Below, piece by piece: positions 29,514-40,115 of a DNA stretch of 64,000 bases (position 1 is the stretch's first letter; each line of letters begins with the position of its first letter). The DNA comes from an uncultured Phycisphaerales bacterium (GTDB lineage: Bacteria; Planctomycetota; Phycisphaerae; Tepidisphaerales; Tepidisphaeraceae). The position numbers and the translations under genes are program-made. The notes beneath the pieces were generated by a model, which was not told the origin of the DNA, did not search any database, and saw only the letters and a list, made by a program, of their open reading frames with translations. The stretch spans positions 352,001-416,000 of the forward strand of contig CAVWLP010000003.1 in assembly GCA_963755915.1 (NCBI GenBank), given 5' to 3'.

Positions 29514-30289
29514 GGAGCGAAATGAACCGGATTTTTGTTCGTCTGTTTGTCGGATTAGGGGTTCTGGCATTTTTTGGCGGCATGGCTCTGGCGGACGCGC
29601 CGCCTGCCACGATGCCCAGCGCGGTGACGCCGAAGCCAGCGCCTGGCCCGCGCACGCCGGACAGCGCGCTGACGCCGAAGATCAAGGATCCCAATCGGCA
29701 TGCGCAGTTTCTTTACCGGATCAAGGAGGGACCAATTGGCGTGCTGTTCATGGGAGACTCGATCACCGATTTCTGGCCGCGGGTGGGAGAATATAGCTGG
29801 CTGAAGTTTGCCCCCTATCAACCGGCCGATTTTGGAGTCAGCGGCGACGCCACGGAAAACGTCATCTGGCGGATCACCAACGGAGAGCTCGACGGAATTA
29901 ATCCGAAAGTTGTCGTGCTGATGATCGGCACCAACAACATCGGCCACAATCCACCGGACCAGCCGGAGTGGGCGGCGGCCGGAGTTGTGAAGATTGTGCA
30001 GATCTTCCGCGAGAAACTGCCGGATTCGAAAATCCTTCTGCTGGCGGTCTTTCCGCGCGATACGCCCGGGAGCATTCGCCGAAATGCGGTGGACACGATC
30101 AATGGGATCATTTCCAAGCTCGACGATGGAAAGATGGTCCGCTACCTCGACATCGGCCACGTTTTTCTCGACGACAGCGGCAACATCCCACATGACATTA
30201 TGGCCGATCGGCTGCACCCCACCGCCAAGGGGTATGACATTTGGTACGGGGCGATGCAGCCGACGCTGGACGAGATGATGAAGCCATAG
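29510..30289 (+). CDS. Secreted SGNH/GDSL hydrolase
   Basis: Signal peptide; GDSIT, IGTNN and DRLHP catalytic blocks. Confidence 0.9.
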   Translation: MRSEMNRIFVRLFVGLGVLAFFGGMALADAPPATMPSAVTPKPAPGPRTPDSALTPKIKDPNRHAQFLYRIKEGPIGVLFMGDSITDFWPRVGEYSWLKFAPYQPADFGVSGDATENVIWRITNGELDGINPKVVVLMIGTNNIGHNPPDQPEWAAAGVVKIVQIFREKLPDSKILLLAVFPRDTPGSIRRNAVDTINGIISKLDDGKMVRYLDIGHVFLDDSGNIPHDIMADRLHPTAKGYDIWYGAMQPTLDEMMKP

Positions 30290-30309
30290 AGCCAGGCAAT
30301 AGCGCCTGG

Positions 30310-30549
30310 TTACTGGCTATTGTTGGCGTTATTCATCCCGCTGTTGGTTCCGCTGCCGGGGTTTGCGCCGTTATTTTTAAGGGTTCCCTGGTCGCTGGAA
30401 TTACTGCCGGAGCTTTGGTTGTAGCCCTGGCTGGGTTGCTGGTTGTTCTGGCCGTTGTCAGGGTTGTTGCTCTAACATCCGAATAGCGACACCCCTGCGA
30501 GAGCGATCGAGCCCGCGAGCAGGGTTTTGGCGAAAGTGTGACTTTTCAC
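30310..30549 (-). CDS. Small Asn/Gln/Ser/Gly-rich lipoprotein interrupted by an in-frame TAG
   Basis: SD AAGGAG, GTG 30549, MKSHTFAKTLLAGSIALAGVSLFGC-TAG-SNNPDNGQNNQQ...NNSQ-TAA; not in the ORF track. Confidence 0.7.
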
Positions 30550-30707
30550 AAACGCTCCTTGTAAAGGATTCATTCCCTGCCCCGCCACAACGTCGCGGCG
30601 CGGTGCAGGCGGAAGGTGTCCCGCAAATAAAGTGCCGGACGAAGGGATTGGGAGAGTTGGGCGAAATTTCCCAGGGCTTGGCCGAGGGTTAAAGCGACTT
30701 TATTTCC

Positions 30708-30980
30708 ATGACGCCCCTAAGAATCTTTCTCGCAACAATCGTACTGGCCTTCCAGTTCGGCTAGGTGATATTCGCGGCCTTCATGGTCGCCTGGGGTGCC
30801 AGCGACGCCGCCCCACATTGGACAGCCCCACAATGGACCCTTGCAATCGCCCTCTGGTCGCCCCCATTTCTGATCGCCGCGTGGATCGTCTACCGGCTAC
30901 TCTCCAGCCTCAAGCATTTCCTCATCTCCCAGGCAGCCGTGATCGCTCTGTTGCTGTTGGCGTTCTGGTGCGTTGTCTGA
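30708..30980 (+). CDS. Small 3-TM membrane protein with in-frame TAG at codon 19
   Basis: ATG 30708 MTPLRIFLATIVLAFQFG-TAG-VIFAAFMVAWG... in the same frame as ORF 30765..30980. Confidence 0.5.
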
Positions 30981-30995
30981 ATTCTTCCGTCCCCC

Positions 30996-31973
30996 TTACG
31001 GCTTCGTCGCAGCCACACCCTCCATCAGCGTCGAATCCGTCGTCGCCAGCATTCCCGTGTGCTCGACGTAATCCACCCGGGTAATTCCCAGATAGCTCCG
31101 AAGTTTCTCGGCCGCGATATTTTTCATCGGGCCTGGTGAATCGGCTGTTCCGGGAACCGGCTGCGGGAATGCGGTCGATCGAGCGGTGTGGAAACTGATG
31201 TTTCCCTCTACCTTCTGCATGATCTGGTGGATGTGGCCATTGAGGACGCTGACAGAGCCGAATCGGCGGAGCAAGCCCAGCGCTTGCGCCGAATCCTGCG
31301 TGCCCCAGCCCCATTTTTCATAGACCGTCCAGAGCGGGACGTGGGCAAAGACGACGACGGGTGTGCTGGCGCTGAGGCCGGCCAGGTCGTTCAGCATCCA
31401 TGCAAGCTGGTCGTCCCCGAGGACGCCCAGCGCGGTCTGGCCATTGGAAATGTTGGCAACATTGACCAGACCGACGAAATGAACGCCGCGGTAGTCGAAG
31501 CTCTGCCAGCCCAAACCCTTGGTGCCTTTGCCGAAGCGCTCGAGGTAGCGCTTGCCATTGTCGACGAAATAGTCGTGTTCGCCGGGGACGAAGAAGGATT
31601 GCTGGGTGTTGATCGATTTCATGACCTGCGACACCGCGTCGAACTCCGCCGGCTTGGAGAGATGCGAGAGGTCGCCCGTGTGCAGGACCAGCGCGGGGGA
31701 TGTGGGGAGGGAATTGATTCGAGAGACGGCGGTTTGGAACGTGCCGACGACATCGGTGTACACGCCGCGGTGGAAACCGATGTGGCTGTCGCTCACCTGC
31801 ACGAAAGAAAAATCGGCATTGTCGGCGCTGGCGTCGGCGCCGAAGGCGCGGGCGGTGAGGATGCCTCCTTTCATAGCCCATACCAGGCCCGCGCCGGCCC
31901 AGGCCATGCATTTGAGAAATCCCCGGCGGTCGATGCCATCGTTCGTCGTATCTTTATCGATAAAGTTGGACAT
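30996..31973 (-). CDS. Tat-exported calcineurin-like metallophosphoesterase
   Basis: RRGFLK Tat motif; SDSH, TGDLSH, PGEHD and NGHIH metal-binding motifs. Confidence 0.9.
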   Translation of the reverse strand: MSNFIDKDTTNDGIDRRGFLKCMAWAGAGLVWAMKGGILTARAFGADASADNADFSFVQVSDSHIGFHRGVYTDVVGTFQTAVSRINSLPTSPALVLHTGDLSHLSKPAEFDAVSQVMKSINTQQSFFVPGEHDYFVDNGKRYLERFGKGTKGLGWQSFDYRGVHFVGLVNVANISNGQTALGVLGDDQLAWMLNDLAGLSASTPVVVFAHVPLWTVYEKWGWGTQDSAQALGLLRRFGSVSVLNGHIHQIMQKVEGNISFHTARSTAFPQPVPGTADSPGPMKNIAAEKLRSYLGITRVDYVEHTGMLATTDSTLMEGVAATKP

Positions 31974-31983
31974 TTGTTCTCCT

Positions 31984-32334
31984 TTATTTGACGGTGATGA
32001 CGCCGGTCATATGCGGATGGACTTTGCAGTAGTAGGCATAGGTGCCGGGCTTGGTGAAGGTGAAGGAAAAGGAATCGTCCGTGTCGAGGGGGCCGGAATT
32101 GAAAGTCTGCGGATCGTCCTTGCTCGTGGCGGTATGAGGAACGTCGTCGGCGTTTTTCCAGGTGACGGTGGCGCCGGCGGGAATCATCAATTTGCGCGGC
32201 TCGAATGCGAAATTTTCGATTGTCACGGTCGCGGCCGGCCGCGTCGAAGGCAACGTCTGCGCTAATGAACCGTTAATTGTATAGCAATTGAATGCAATCA
32301 AAATGAGGACAAAGAGGCTTCGTGCAGATTTCAT
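31984..32334 (-). CDS. Cupredoxin (plastocyanin/amicyanin-like)
   Basis: Signal peptide; PHT and YYCKVHPHM type-1 copper ligands. Confidence 0.9.
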   Translation of the reverse strand: MKSARSLFVLILIAFNCYTINGSLAQTLPSTRPAATVTIENFAFEPRKLMIPAGATVTWKNADDVPHTATSKDDPQTFNSGPLDTDDSFSFTFTKPGTYAYYCKVHPHMTGVITVK

Positions 32335-32400
32335 TCTGGCAGCTCCCGATTTCAGCGGACGAATCCCGCCGCTGCTGACCAGACGCGGGAGGCGGCGGAT

Positions 32401-32925
32401 TTATTCCATGAGTTCAGCGAAATCGTTTATTCGCGCGTGGAGGGAGATTTCTGAGCCGCGAAGAGGTCGCAGAATCGCTGCAATGTCACTCCCTTGGCAC
32501 TTGAAGTCAACCCAATGCGACGCATCGGTGGTCCAGATTTCAAACTTTCCCCGTTCCATCAGCCGCGGATGCCACAGCCAATGGTCGACTCTTTCGGTGA
32601 TCTGAAACGATAGGCGATACCAGAAAGGCAATTTGTGCCAACAGGGGAGGGGAGGATTCGACATGGATGTGAGCCGTCGATGGATTCGCTCCAGTGGGAC
32701 TGGGATAGGTTTCCAATCCGGCGATTGAGAATAGCCGTCGGCGGATCGGATGAGAATTTCGGTTCTCGGGCCGTCACCGGCGAACATCAGGCCGGGGACT
32801 TCATTTCGAAGCATCTTAAGAATGAGAAGATTGACCAGCATTCTTACGGGATCGGCATTGGCATATTTTTCCAGGAGTCGCAGGTGGGCGTCGGAGATTT
32901 GGGGATGTTGTGCGACTGCCGACAT
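32401..32925 (-). CDS. Hypothetical protein
   Basis: About 174-aa ORF filling the gap; TATAAT 8 nt before the ATG; no recognised motif. Confidence 0.5.
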   Translation of the reverse strand: MSAVAQHPQISDAHLRLLEKYANADPVRMLVNLLILKMLRNEVPGLMFAGDGPRTEILIRSADGYSQSPDWKPIPVPLERIHRRLTSMSNPPLPCWHKLPFWYRLSFQITERVDHWLWHPRLMERGKFEIWTTDASHWVDFKCQGSDIAAILRPLRGSEISLHARINDFAELME

Positions 32926-33077
32926 GGTTTCCAATTATAAATCAAAAACACCCGATTCAATCAAGAAATTCAATCGCCGCTCGGCCCTACCCTTATCCTC
33001 TCTCTTCGTACATGGACAGGGGGAACAAGGGCAGCATGTCCTTGCGAACGGTCCCGGTCGACTGCTACAACATTCCC

Positions 33078-33728
33078 ATGCCCACAAAAGAACAAAACCT
33101 CAAAACCATCACGGACGCCGGCGTCGTCGCCGTCATCCGCGCCAACTCCAGGGACCAGCTCATCGGCCTCACCGAGGCCCTCCTCGCTGGCGGTGTGCCC
33201 GCCATCGAGGTCACCATGAGCACGCCCAAAGCCATCGCAGGCATTGAAATGCTGGCCGATCGTTTCGGCGACAAAGCCGTGGTGGGCGTCGGCACCGTGA
33301 TCGATGCGGCGACGGTGCGCGATGCGATTTCAGCCGGAGCGCAGTTTGTCGTTTTACCGGTCTTTGACGAGCAGATCGTCGCGACCACGCGGCGGTATGG
33401 GAAGATCATGGTTCCAGGCGCGTTTACACCGACGGAGATTTTGCGGGCCTGGACCGCCGGGGCGGATGTGGTGAAGGTATTTCCATCGACGTGCCTTGGG
33501 CCGCAATATTTCAAGGATCTTCTTGCCCCCCTGCCGCAGCTTCGGCTGACGCCGACGGGGGGCGTGGATATCAAGAACGCGGGGGAGTGGATCAAGGCCG
33601 GCGCGGTGTGTGTGGGAGCCGGGTCGTCGCTGGTGACGAAGGATGCGCTGGCGAAAAATGACTGGGCCAGCGTGACGGCCAACGCCAAGGCGTTTGTCGA
33701 AGCTATAAAAACCGCGCGGGCGAAGTAA
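33078..33728 (+). CDS. eda: KDPG/KHG aldolase
   Basis: VVAVIR, IEVTM, GVGTV, PGAFTPTE, VKVFP and PTGGV motifs. Confidence 0.93.
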   Translation: MPTKEQNLKTITDAGVVAVIRANSRDQLIGLTEALLAGGVPAIEVTMSTPKAIAGIEMLADRFGDKAVVGVGTVIDAATVRDAISAGAQFVVLPVFDEQIVATTRRYGKIMVPGAFTPTEILRAWTAGADVVKVFPSTCLGPQYFKDLLAPLPQLRLTPTGGVDIKNAGEWIKAGAVCVGAGSSLVTKDALAKNDWASVTANAKAFVEAIKTARAK

Positions 33729-33731
33729 CCC

Positions 33732-35847
33732 ATGGCGCAGGTGAGCCTCGAGCAGGCGTTGCAGATGGTGCTTCAGCATCGGTGCGCGGGGAATCTTGGG
33801 CAGGCGGAGGCGATCTGCCGGGAAATCCTGGCGCAGGTTCCGAACCATCCGCCGGCGATGCATCAACTGGCCATCGTGCTGGCGACGCAGAGGCGCGGGC
33901 CCGAGGCGCTGCCGCTAATGCAGCGGGTGGTTCAGATGATTCCCGGCGACGCCGCCGCGCTCAGCGACCTGGGAAATCTGCTGCGCGACCTGGATCGGCC
34001 GACCGAAGCCCTGGCGGCTTACCGCCGCGCGGTGGCGCTCAATCCGAATCTCGCCTTCGCCCAGTCCAACCTCGCCAACCAGTTGCGCGACATGGGCCAG
34101 GCGAGCGAAGCCGTCCCCATTTTTCACCGCGCCATCCAGCTTCAGCCCAATTTTTTTGAGGCTTATCTCAATCTTGGAAACGCGCTAATGGACCTGGGGG
34201 AGACCGACCAGGCAATCGCCGCCTATCAGCAGGCGATTCGCCTTAATCCCACTTACGCGATGGCTCACTGCAATCTCGGCGTTGGGCTGCGAGCGGCGGG
34301 CCGGGTTGACGACGCGATCGCCTCCTTTCGCCGCACCATCGAGATGATGCCCAACTGCGTTGAAGCCTATAGCAACCTGGGTCAGGTTCTCGCCTCGGTG
34401 CGGCGGATGGACGAAGCCATCGATTCGTTTAACACGGCCATTCGGATCAATCCCAATTTCGCACCTGCCTATTCAAATCTGGGCTCCGCGCTGCTCGACC
34501 TGAGGCGGATTCCCGAGTCGCTGGACATCTGCCGGAAGGCCGTCGCGATGGCGCCCCAGATGGCCGAAGCGCACAACAACCTGGCCAATGCGCTGGGCGA
34601 CAATGACCAGTTGGATGAAGCGATCGTCGAATACCGCGAAGCGCTGCGCCTTCGGCCCGACTATCCGCAGGCGCTGGCCAATTTCGGCAGCACGCTAATC
34701 GACGCCGGCCGCTGCGACGAAGCCGAGGAACTGCTTGGCAATGCCCTGAAAATTGCCCCCGATTTCCCCGACGCGCACTGGAACCTCGGTCTTTTGCGCC
34801 TGCTTCAAGGCGATTTCCAGCGCGGCTTGCCGGAATACGAATGGCGCTGGCGCGTGAAGACGATGCAGGCCCCGCCGACTTTCTCCCAGCCGCTCTGGGA
34901 TGGGAGCTCGCTCGACGACAAAATCATCCTGATTCACGTCGAGCAGGGATACGGCGATGCCATCCAGTTTGCGCTATGTTCCGATGGTAACCGCCCGAGG
35001 CGGACGCGTGATCCTGCAATGTCCGCCGGAGTTGCACCGGCTCTTTTCGACGATTCCCGATATCGAGCTCTTTCCCAGCGGCCCGCCGCCGGCACGATTT
35101 GACGTCCACTGCCCGATTTTGAGCCTGATGCTCGCTTTCAAGACCGATCTGGCGTCGATTCCGGCCCCGGTGCCATATCTCCGCTCCGACCCCGCGCTGC
35201 GTGAGGCCTGGCGAAAGAGACTGGAATCCTCCGCGGGTCGGCTGAAAGTTGGTTTGGCCTGGGCGGGCAGGCCAACGCACATCAATAACCGCCACCGGTC
35301 GATCCCACTGGAAAAGTTTTCACAGCTGGCTGGAGTAAGCGGCGCCGATTTTTTTTAGCCTCCAAAAAGGAGATCCCGCAAACGACAACCCCCCCGCCGG
35401 CCTGAAATTCATCGATCACACGGCCGAGTTGAATGATTTTGCGGAGACGGCGGCGCTGGTCGACAATCTCGATCTGATCATCACCGTCGACACTGCGGTT
35501 GCGCACCTTGCAGGGGCGCTGGGCAAGCCGGTGTGGGTGCTGATTCCTGCGAATCCCGACTGGCGTTGGATGCTCGATCGCGCGGATTCGCCGTGGTATC
35601 CGACGATGCGGCTCTACCGGCGCCGCGCGGGGCTGATTGGGGAGAAGTTATTCGGCAGATTTCCGGCGATCTCGCTGGGTTCGGGCAATATTGTCCGGGA
35701 CTTCCGCGTCTTAGAGCTGGGATTTTTCGGGTTTTCACTCGAAAGGCTGCGTTGCCTCGATGGGCAACGGCGTGGAAGGTTCAGCGCTGCTCCTGCAGCG
35801 CATGCCGCGGCGTTCACCGGCGGCCGGACAACAAAAACCCCCGGTGA
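33732..35847 (+). CDS. TPR-repeat protein with C-terminal GT9-like glycosyltransferase domain (frameshifts ~34970, ~35355, ~35625; 3' end hit by an IS)
   Basis: About 10 TPRs; YEWRW, EQGYGDAIQF, VGLAWAG, ITVDTAVAHLAGALG, DWRW and SPWYP motifs. Confidence 0.85.
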
Positions 35848-37207
35848 CTTACTTGACGATTTTTTCAGCCTTCTTCCGTGCCACACGCTGACGCTGCAGC
35901 TCGCATTCCCGTTCTCGGCGCTGCAGGATGGGAATAATCTCTTGCAACGTGGCCCCTCCCGCGGCGACCAGGCTCAGCATCGCGTAGGCATATTTGCTCA
36001 CCGGACGCTGCGTGTGCAGATAGATCAACAGCACCCCGATGACCGCGATGTAGAACCCGGTGGTGACGCCGTTTTTGCTGTGGCTGGTGAGATGGCGGAA
36101 GTGGGCGTGCACTTTCAGCCAGCGGAAAAACAGCTCGATCTTCCATCGCCAGCGGTAGAGCAGACCGATGACATGGGCGGGAATGTTAAGAAGATTGGTC
36201 AGCAGCCGCAGGGGCCTGTCGGGTTTGTCCGGGTCGAAGATCGTCACTTCCCGAAGCCATTTTCCCGCCGGAGGAGCAAAGCGTGGCCCTTCTGAGCCCA
36301 GGTATCCGATCCGGTCGCTGAGAATGCCGGCAGCGCGGTCTTCATCGCTCAGCGGCAGGGACTTGGGGGTCAAGTCATTGTTTTCGATGGGAATGAAATA
36401 GTTGTTTGACTTGAGCCGGAGCACAAAATCGCTGCAGGCATGTACGATCCGCTCCAGCAGCTCGAAACAGACGTAGCCGCGGTCCATGACGTAAATCTGT
36501 CCCGGCTCCAGGGACTGCATCAGCGCCTGCGCCTCGGAGCATCCCGCGCCGCTGATCGTCACTCCCTCGGGAACCCCCACGCCCGCCGCCCATTGAAGAT
36601 TCAGGCGAATCGTGTCCATGGGCTTTCCGTTGGGTCGACTTTGATGCAGCGCCCAGGCCACGTCGGCGGCAACGGTGAACAGCGACCCATCCACCACCCG
36701 TACCCGCTCGGTCAACTCCGCCAGCTTCGGATCGCCGTGACGCAGGTGCGGCAGCCGCGCCCGCAACTCCTCGATGATCGGCTCCAGCAGCGTCGGATCG
36801 AACAGGGCGTTGGCATCGGAAAGCGTGGAACGCGGCAGGCGATCGACCGAAAGCTGCTCCTGCATCTGCTCGGTCTGGCTGAAATCCTCCATCGTCCGCA
36901 GGCTGCGAATCGCCGGCGTGAAAAACGCCAGCAGATAGGCAAGGGTCACATCGTCATAAAAAAGCGTGCGATTGGGGTGGGGATGCGCCGCCCGCAGGCG
37001 GGCCAGATGATCCTGCAAAATACCGACGTACTTGCCGCCGAACAAATCCTCCCCCCGCACCGCCGGCCGCGGCTTTCGTCCCGGCTTGGCGGGCAATCCA
37101 GAAGCTGGGCAAAGGTCCGCGTGCACGTGGCGGCAGTGAACCACAAAACGCTGCTTCGCGAAGCGCAAGATTGTGTTATTTGTGAGCCTGCGTTCCGGAC
37201 ACTATTG
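35686..37207 (-). mobile_element. IS4-family insertion sequence (1522 bp)
   Basis: IRs CAATATTGTCCGGGAC / GTTCCGGACACTATTG; 9-bp direct repeat GGGTTCGGG at 35677-35685 and 37208-37216. Confidence 0.93.
35849..37168 (-). CDS. IS4-family DDE transposase
   Basis: VDGS, MDRGY and YRWRWKIELFFRWLK (YREK signature). Confidence 0.93.
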   Translation of the reverse strand: MRFAKQRFVVHCRHVHADLCPASGLPAKPGRKPRPAVRGEDLFGGKYVGILQDHLARLRAAHPHPNRTLFYDDVTLAYLLAFFTPAIRSLRTMEDFSQTEQMQEQLSVDRLPRSTLSDANALFDPTLLEPIIEELRARLPHLRHGDPKLAELTERVRVVDGSLFTVAADVAWALHQSRPNGKPMDTIRLNLQWAAGVGVPEGVTISGAGCSEAQALMQSLEPGQIYVMDRGYVCFELLERIVHACSDFVLRLKSNNYFIPIENNDLTPKSLPLSDEDRAAGILSDRIGYLGSEGPRFAPPAGKWLREVTIFDPDKPDRPLRLLTNLLNIPAHVIGLLYRWRWKIELFFRWLKVHAHFRHLTSHSKNGVTTGFYIAVIGVLLIYLHTQRPVSKYAYAMLSLVAAGGATLQEIIPILQRRERECELQRQRVARKKAEKIVK

Positions 37208-37356
37208 GGGTTCGGGCAAGTCCGATAGTTACTGCTAACAATCGGCTGTCGCGCAATTGTTGCCTTCTTGTTTGAACCTTAAATATTGCGGTTGCGCTCA
37301 TTCAGCCGACCCTAGCAACTGGTCAGCGGTGCGCGCGAGCCGTATTATTCCCAGAC

Positions 37357-38184
37357 ATGGCTGCACGATATATAGAAACGATCGGCCGGACGACCAACAA
37401 CGTGTTGGCCGATTTCGGGCAATTCTGCGAATTCGCGGGACAGACTTTCGCCTGGCTCTTCACGGTCGGCCTGCGTTCCAAGAACCTCCGGCAGCTTTTG
37501 CCGCAGATGTATGAGGTCGGGGTGCGCACCATTCCCGTCGTCGGACTCACCGGCGCATTTATCGGAATGGTGATGGCGGTCGAAACGTATGCCCAGTTCA
37601 AAGCGATCGGGCAGCAGAATCGGCTGGGGAGCGTGATTTTCCTTTCGGTGGTGAAACAGATCGGCCCGGTGCTGGCATCCGTGATGGTCGCGGGTCGGGT
37701 TGGCGGCGCGCTGACGGCCGAGCTGGGAACGATGAATGTTACCGAGCAGCTTGATGCGCTGCGGGTCATGGGGACGGATCCGATCCGGTTTCTGGTGGTG
37801 CCGCGATTCATGGCGTGCGTGCTCCTGACGCCGGTGCTGACGATTTACAGCGACATCATGGGAATCGTCGGCGGGTGGTTCATTGGCGTGAACGTGATGG
37901 GGGTTCCATCCGGGCCGTTCTGGCATTACGCCCATGTGGGTGTGGAAATGTGGCAGGTAAACGAGGGGATCATCAAATCGTTCTTCTTTGGCGGCGCGAT
38001 TGGTTTGATCAGTTGCTACAAAGGATTTACCTGCGGGGCGGGGGCCAACGGCGTCGGGCGGGCCTGCACGGATTCGTTCGTCGCCAGCTTTATCTCCATC
38101 ATCATGATGAACTTCTTCTTCGCGCAATTGGGCCAGGACTGGTACCAGGCGATTTACGGCATCCGCAGCGTTTTTGGAACGTAA
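37357..38184 (+). CDS. mlaE: MlaE-family ABC permease
   Basis: AGRVGGALTAELGTM.VTEQLDALRVMG and GANGVGRA motifs. Confidence 0.9.
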   Translation: MAARYIETIGRTTNNVLADFGQFCEFAGQTFAWLFTVGLRSKNLRQLLPQMYEVGVRTIPVVGLTGAFIGMVMAVETYAQFKAIGQQNRLGSVIFLSVVKQIGPVLASVMVAGRVGGALTAELGTMNVTEQLDALRVMGTDPIRFLVVPRFMACVLLTPVLTIYSDIMGIVGGWFIGVNVMGVPSGPFWHYAHVGVEMWQVNEGIIKSFFFGGAIGLISCYKGFTCGAGANGVGRACTDSFVASFISIIMMNFFFAQLGQDWYQAIYGIRSVFGT

Positions 38185-38199
38185 AAAGGGGCAACCAGG

Positions 38200-38970
38200 A
38201 TGGCACTGATCGAACTGCGGCATGTGTATAAGCGCTTCGGGTGGCTCGAAGTGCTCAATGACGTCACGCTCAAGATTGAGCGCGGGACGTGCGTCGTGAT
38301 CCTGGGCGCCAGCGGCAGCGGGAAGAGCGTGATGCTGAAGCATATCGTCGGGCTGCTGAAGCCGGACCGGGGGGAAGTCTGGTTTGGGGATAAGCGGATC
38401 GACCATCTCCGCGAGCGCGATCTGATGAAGGTTCGCGAGCACTTTGGGTTTCTGTTTCAGCAGGGGGCGCTGTTTGATTCGGATACGGTGACGCAGAACG
38501 TGGCGTTTCCGATCGCGGAGCATACGAATAAGAAGCCGGATGAAATTCGGGAGATCGTGGATCAGAAGCTGCGGATGGTGGGGCTGCCGGACGTGGGCTC
38601 GAAGATGCCATCGGAGCTTTCCGGCGGACAGCGAAAGCGGGTGGCGCTGGCGCGGGCGATTGCGCTGGATCCGGAAGTGATTCTTTATGACGAGCCGACG
38701 ACGGGGCTGGATCCGATCCGGTCGGACGTGATCAACGAGCTGATCCTGAAGCTTCAGCGGGAGCTTCACGTGACGAGCATCGTGGTGACGCACGATATGA
38801 ATTCGGCGATGAAGGTCGCGGATCGCATTGTGATGCTCTACGAAACCAAACTGATTTTCGACGGGACGCCCGAGGAGATTAAGTCCACGCGGGTCGAAGC
38901 GGTGAGGCGTTTCGTGCACGGCGAGGCATCGGAGCAGGAATTGCAGACGTTGGAGACGCCGGCGAAATGA
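38200..38970 (+). CDS. mlaF: MlaF-family ABC ATPase
   Basis: GASGSGKS, FQQGALFDS, LSGGQRKRV and DEPTTGLDP motifs. Confidence 0.9.
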   Translation: MALIELRHVYKRFGWLEVLNDVTLKIERGTCVVILGASGSGKSVMLKHIVGLLKPDRGEVWFGDKRIDHLRERDLMKVREHFGFLFQQGALFDSDTVTQNVAFPIAEHTNKKPDEIREIVDQKLRMVGLPDVGSKMPSELSGGQRKRVALARAIALDPEVILYDEPTTGLDPIRSDVINELILKLQRELHVTSIVVTHDMNSAMKVADRIVMLYETKLIFDGTPEEIKSTRVEAVRRFVHGEASEQELQTLETPAK

Positions 38971-39002
38971 AGAGGAATTTTGATTAGCAAGGGATTGAGG
39001 CC

Positions 39003-39993
39003 ATGCCAAGTTATAAGCGGAATATTCTGGTAGGAGCGACGGTTCTGGGAGCGATCGTGGGATTTGTGTGGATGTCGCTGAAGTTCAGCAGCAAGGCGGG
39101 GGAGATTTTCGCGCCGCCGCAGATTGCGGTGCATTTTCACTGCGCGCGTGCCGATGGAGTTGCGACGGGATCGTCGATTGAATATTTGGGCGTGCAGGTG
39201 GGACACGTGACGGCCGTGGCGCAACGCGAGCGGCGTTGGCGTGAGTATCGATGCGGTGTTGGACCGCGACCCCCCCCTGCCGGGAAATGTGCGGGCGCAG
39301 ATTGTCTCGGCGGGACTTTTGGGCGGGGGTTCGCTGATCAGCATGGATGTGGGTGACCAGCAGCCGCAGGGATCGCTTAAGGCGGATACGACGATTGACG
39401 CGCAATATGTGGGGATGCAACTGGATTTGCTTCCGCCTTCGCTGACGCAGACCGCCGGGCAGATTGGGAAAATGAGCGAGGAGCTTCGGCTGACGGTGAA
39501 GCAGCTTCGGGAATCCGGAGCGATCACCGATCTGGACAAGGCAATCAACCAGATCTCGGCGCAGGCGACCAAGGTGGGGAACGTGTTTGATTCGATTCAG
39601 AACGTGCTCGGCGACAAGAACACGCAGCAGGACCTGAAGAGCGCGATCTCGGATTTGCACTCGACGATTGCAAAGCTGAACTCCGTGGCAGATAGCCTGC
39701 AAACCGCCAGCAGCGCCGCGACGGACACGATCAAGGGCGCTCACCAGGATATCGACGGCCTGAATAGCCAGATTGGCGATCGGCTGACGCAGATTTCGGG
39801 AATTCTGACCTCGATGCAGAGCGTCTTGACAAAAGTTGACACCGGGCAGGGGACGGCCGGGCAACTGGTGAACGATCCGCGGCTCTATCAGTCGCTGGTG
39901 GACACGTCGCGACAACTGAATGAAACCGTCACTGACCTCAAACGCCTTGTCGAGCAGTGGGAGCAGGAAGGCGTGTATCTGAAATTGAAGTGA
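39003..39993 (+). CDS. mlaD: MlaD/MCE-family protein (frameshift near 39230)
   Basis: N-terminal TM, DGV..GS.I.Y.GVQVG.V, GLLGG, helical tail with GTAGQLVNDPRLY. Confidence 0.85.
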
Positions 39994-40096
39994 ATGCCGA
40001 ATGCCGATTGCCAAATGCCGAATGAAAAGGCGGAAATTGCGAAACACGCGGTTTTTGCAGCTTCATTCGGCGTTTGGCATTTGGCATTCGGCATTC
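39992..40096. repeat. 35-bp inverted repeat built from AATGCCG heptamers
   Basis: GAATGCCGAATGCCGATTGCCAAATGCCGAATGAA (39992-40026) versus its near reverse complement at 40062-40096, 3 differences. Confidence 0.85.
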
Positions 40097-40115
40097 GCTT
40101 CCGTATCTTTCCCAT

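Noticed and set aside
30310-30980. Genome-wide TAG recoding to explain the two in-frame amber codons
   Set aside because: TAG clearly terminates thrS, rpmI, the permease at 3222 and other genes; no pyrrolysine or suppressor genes are seen.
35349-35356. T8 tract frameshifting the TPR-GT9 gene as a phase-variation switch
   Set aside because: Short homopolymer in a gene with two other frameshifts; a sequencing indel is simpler.
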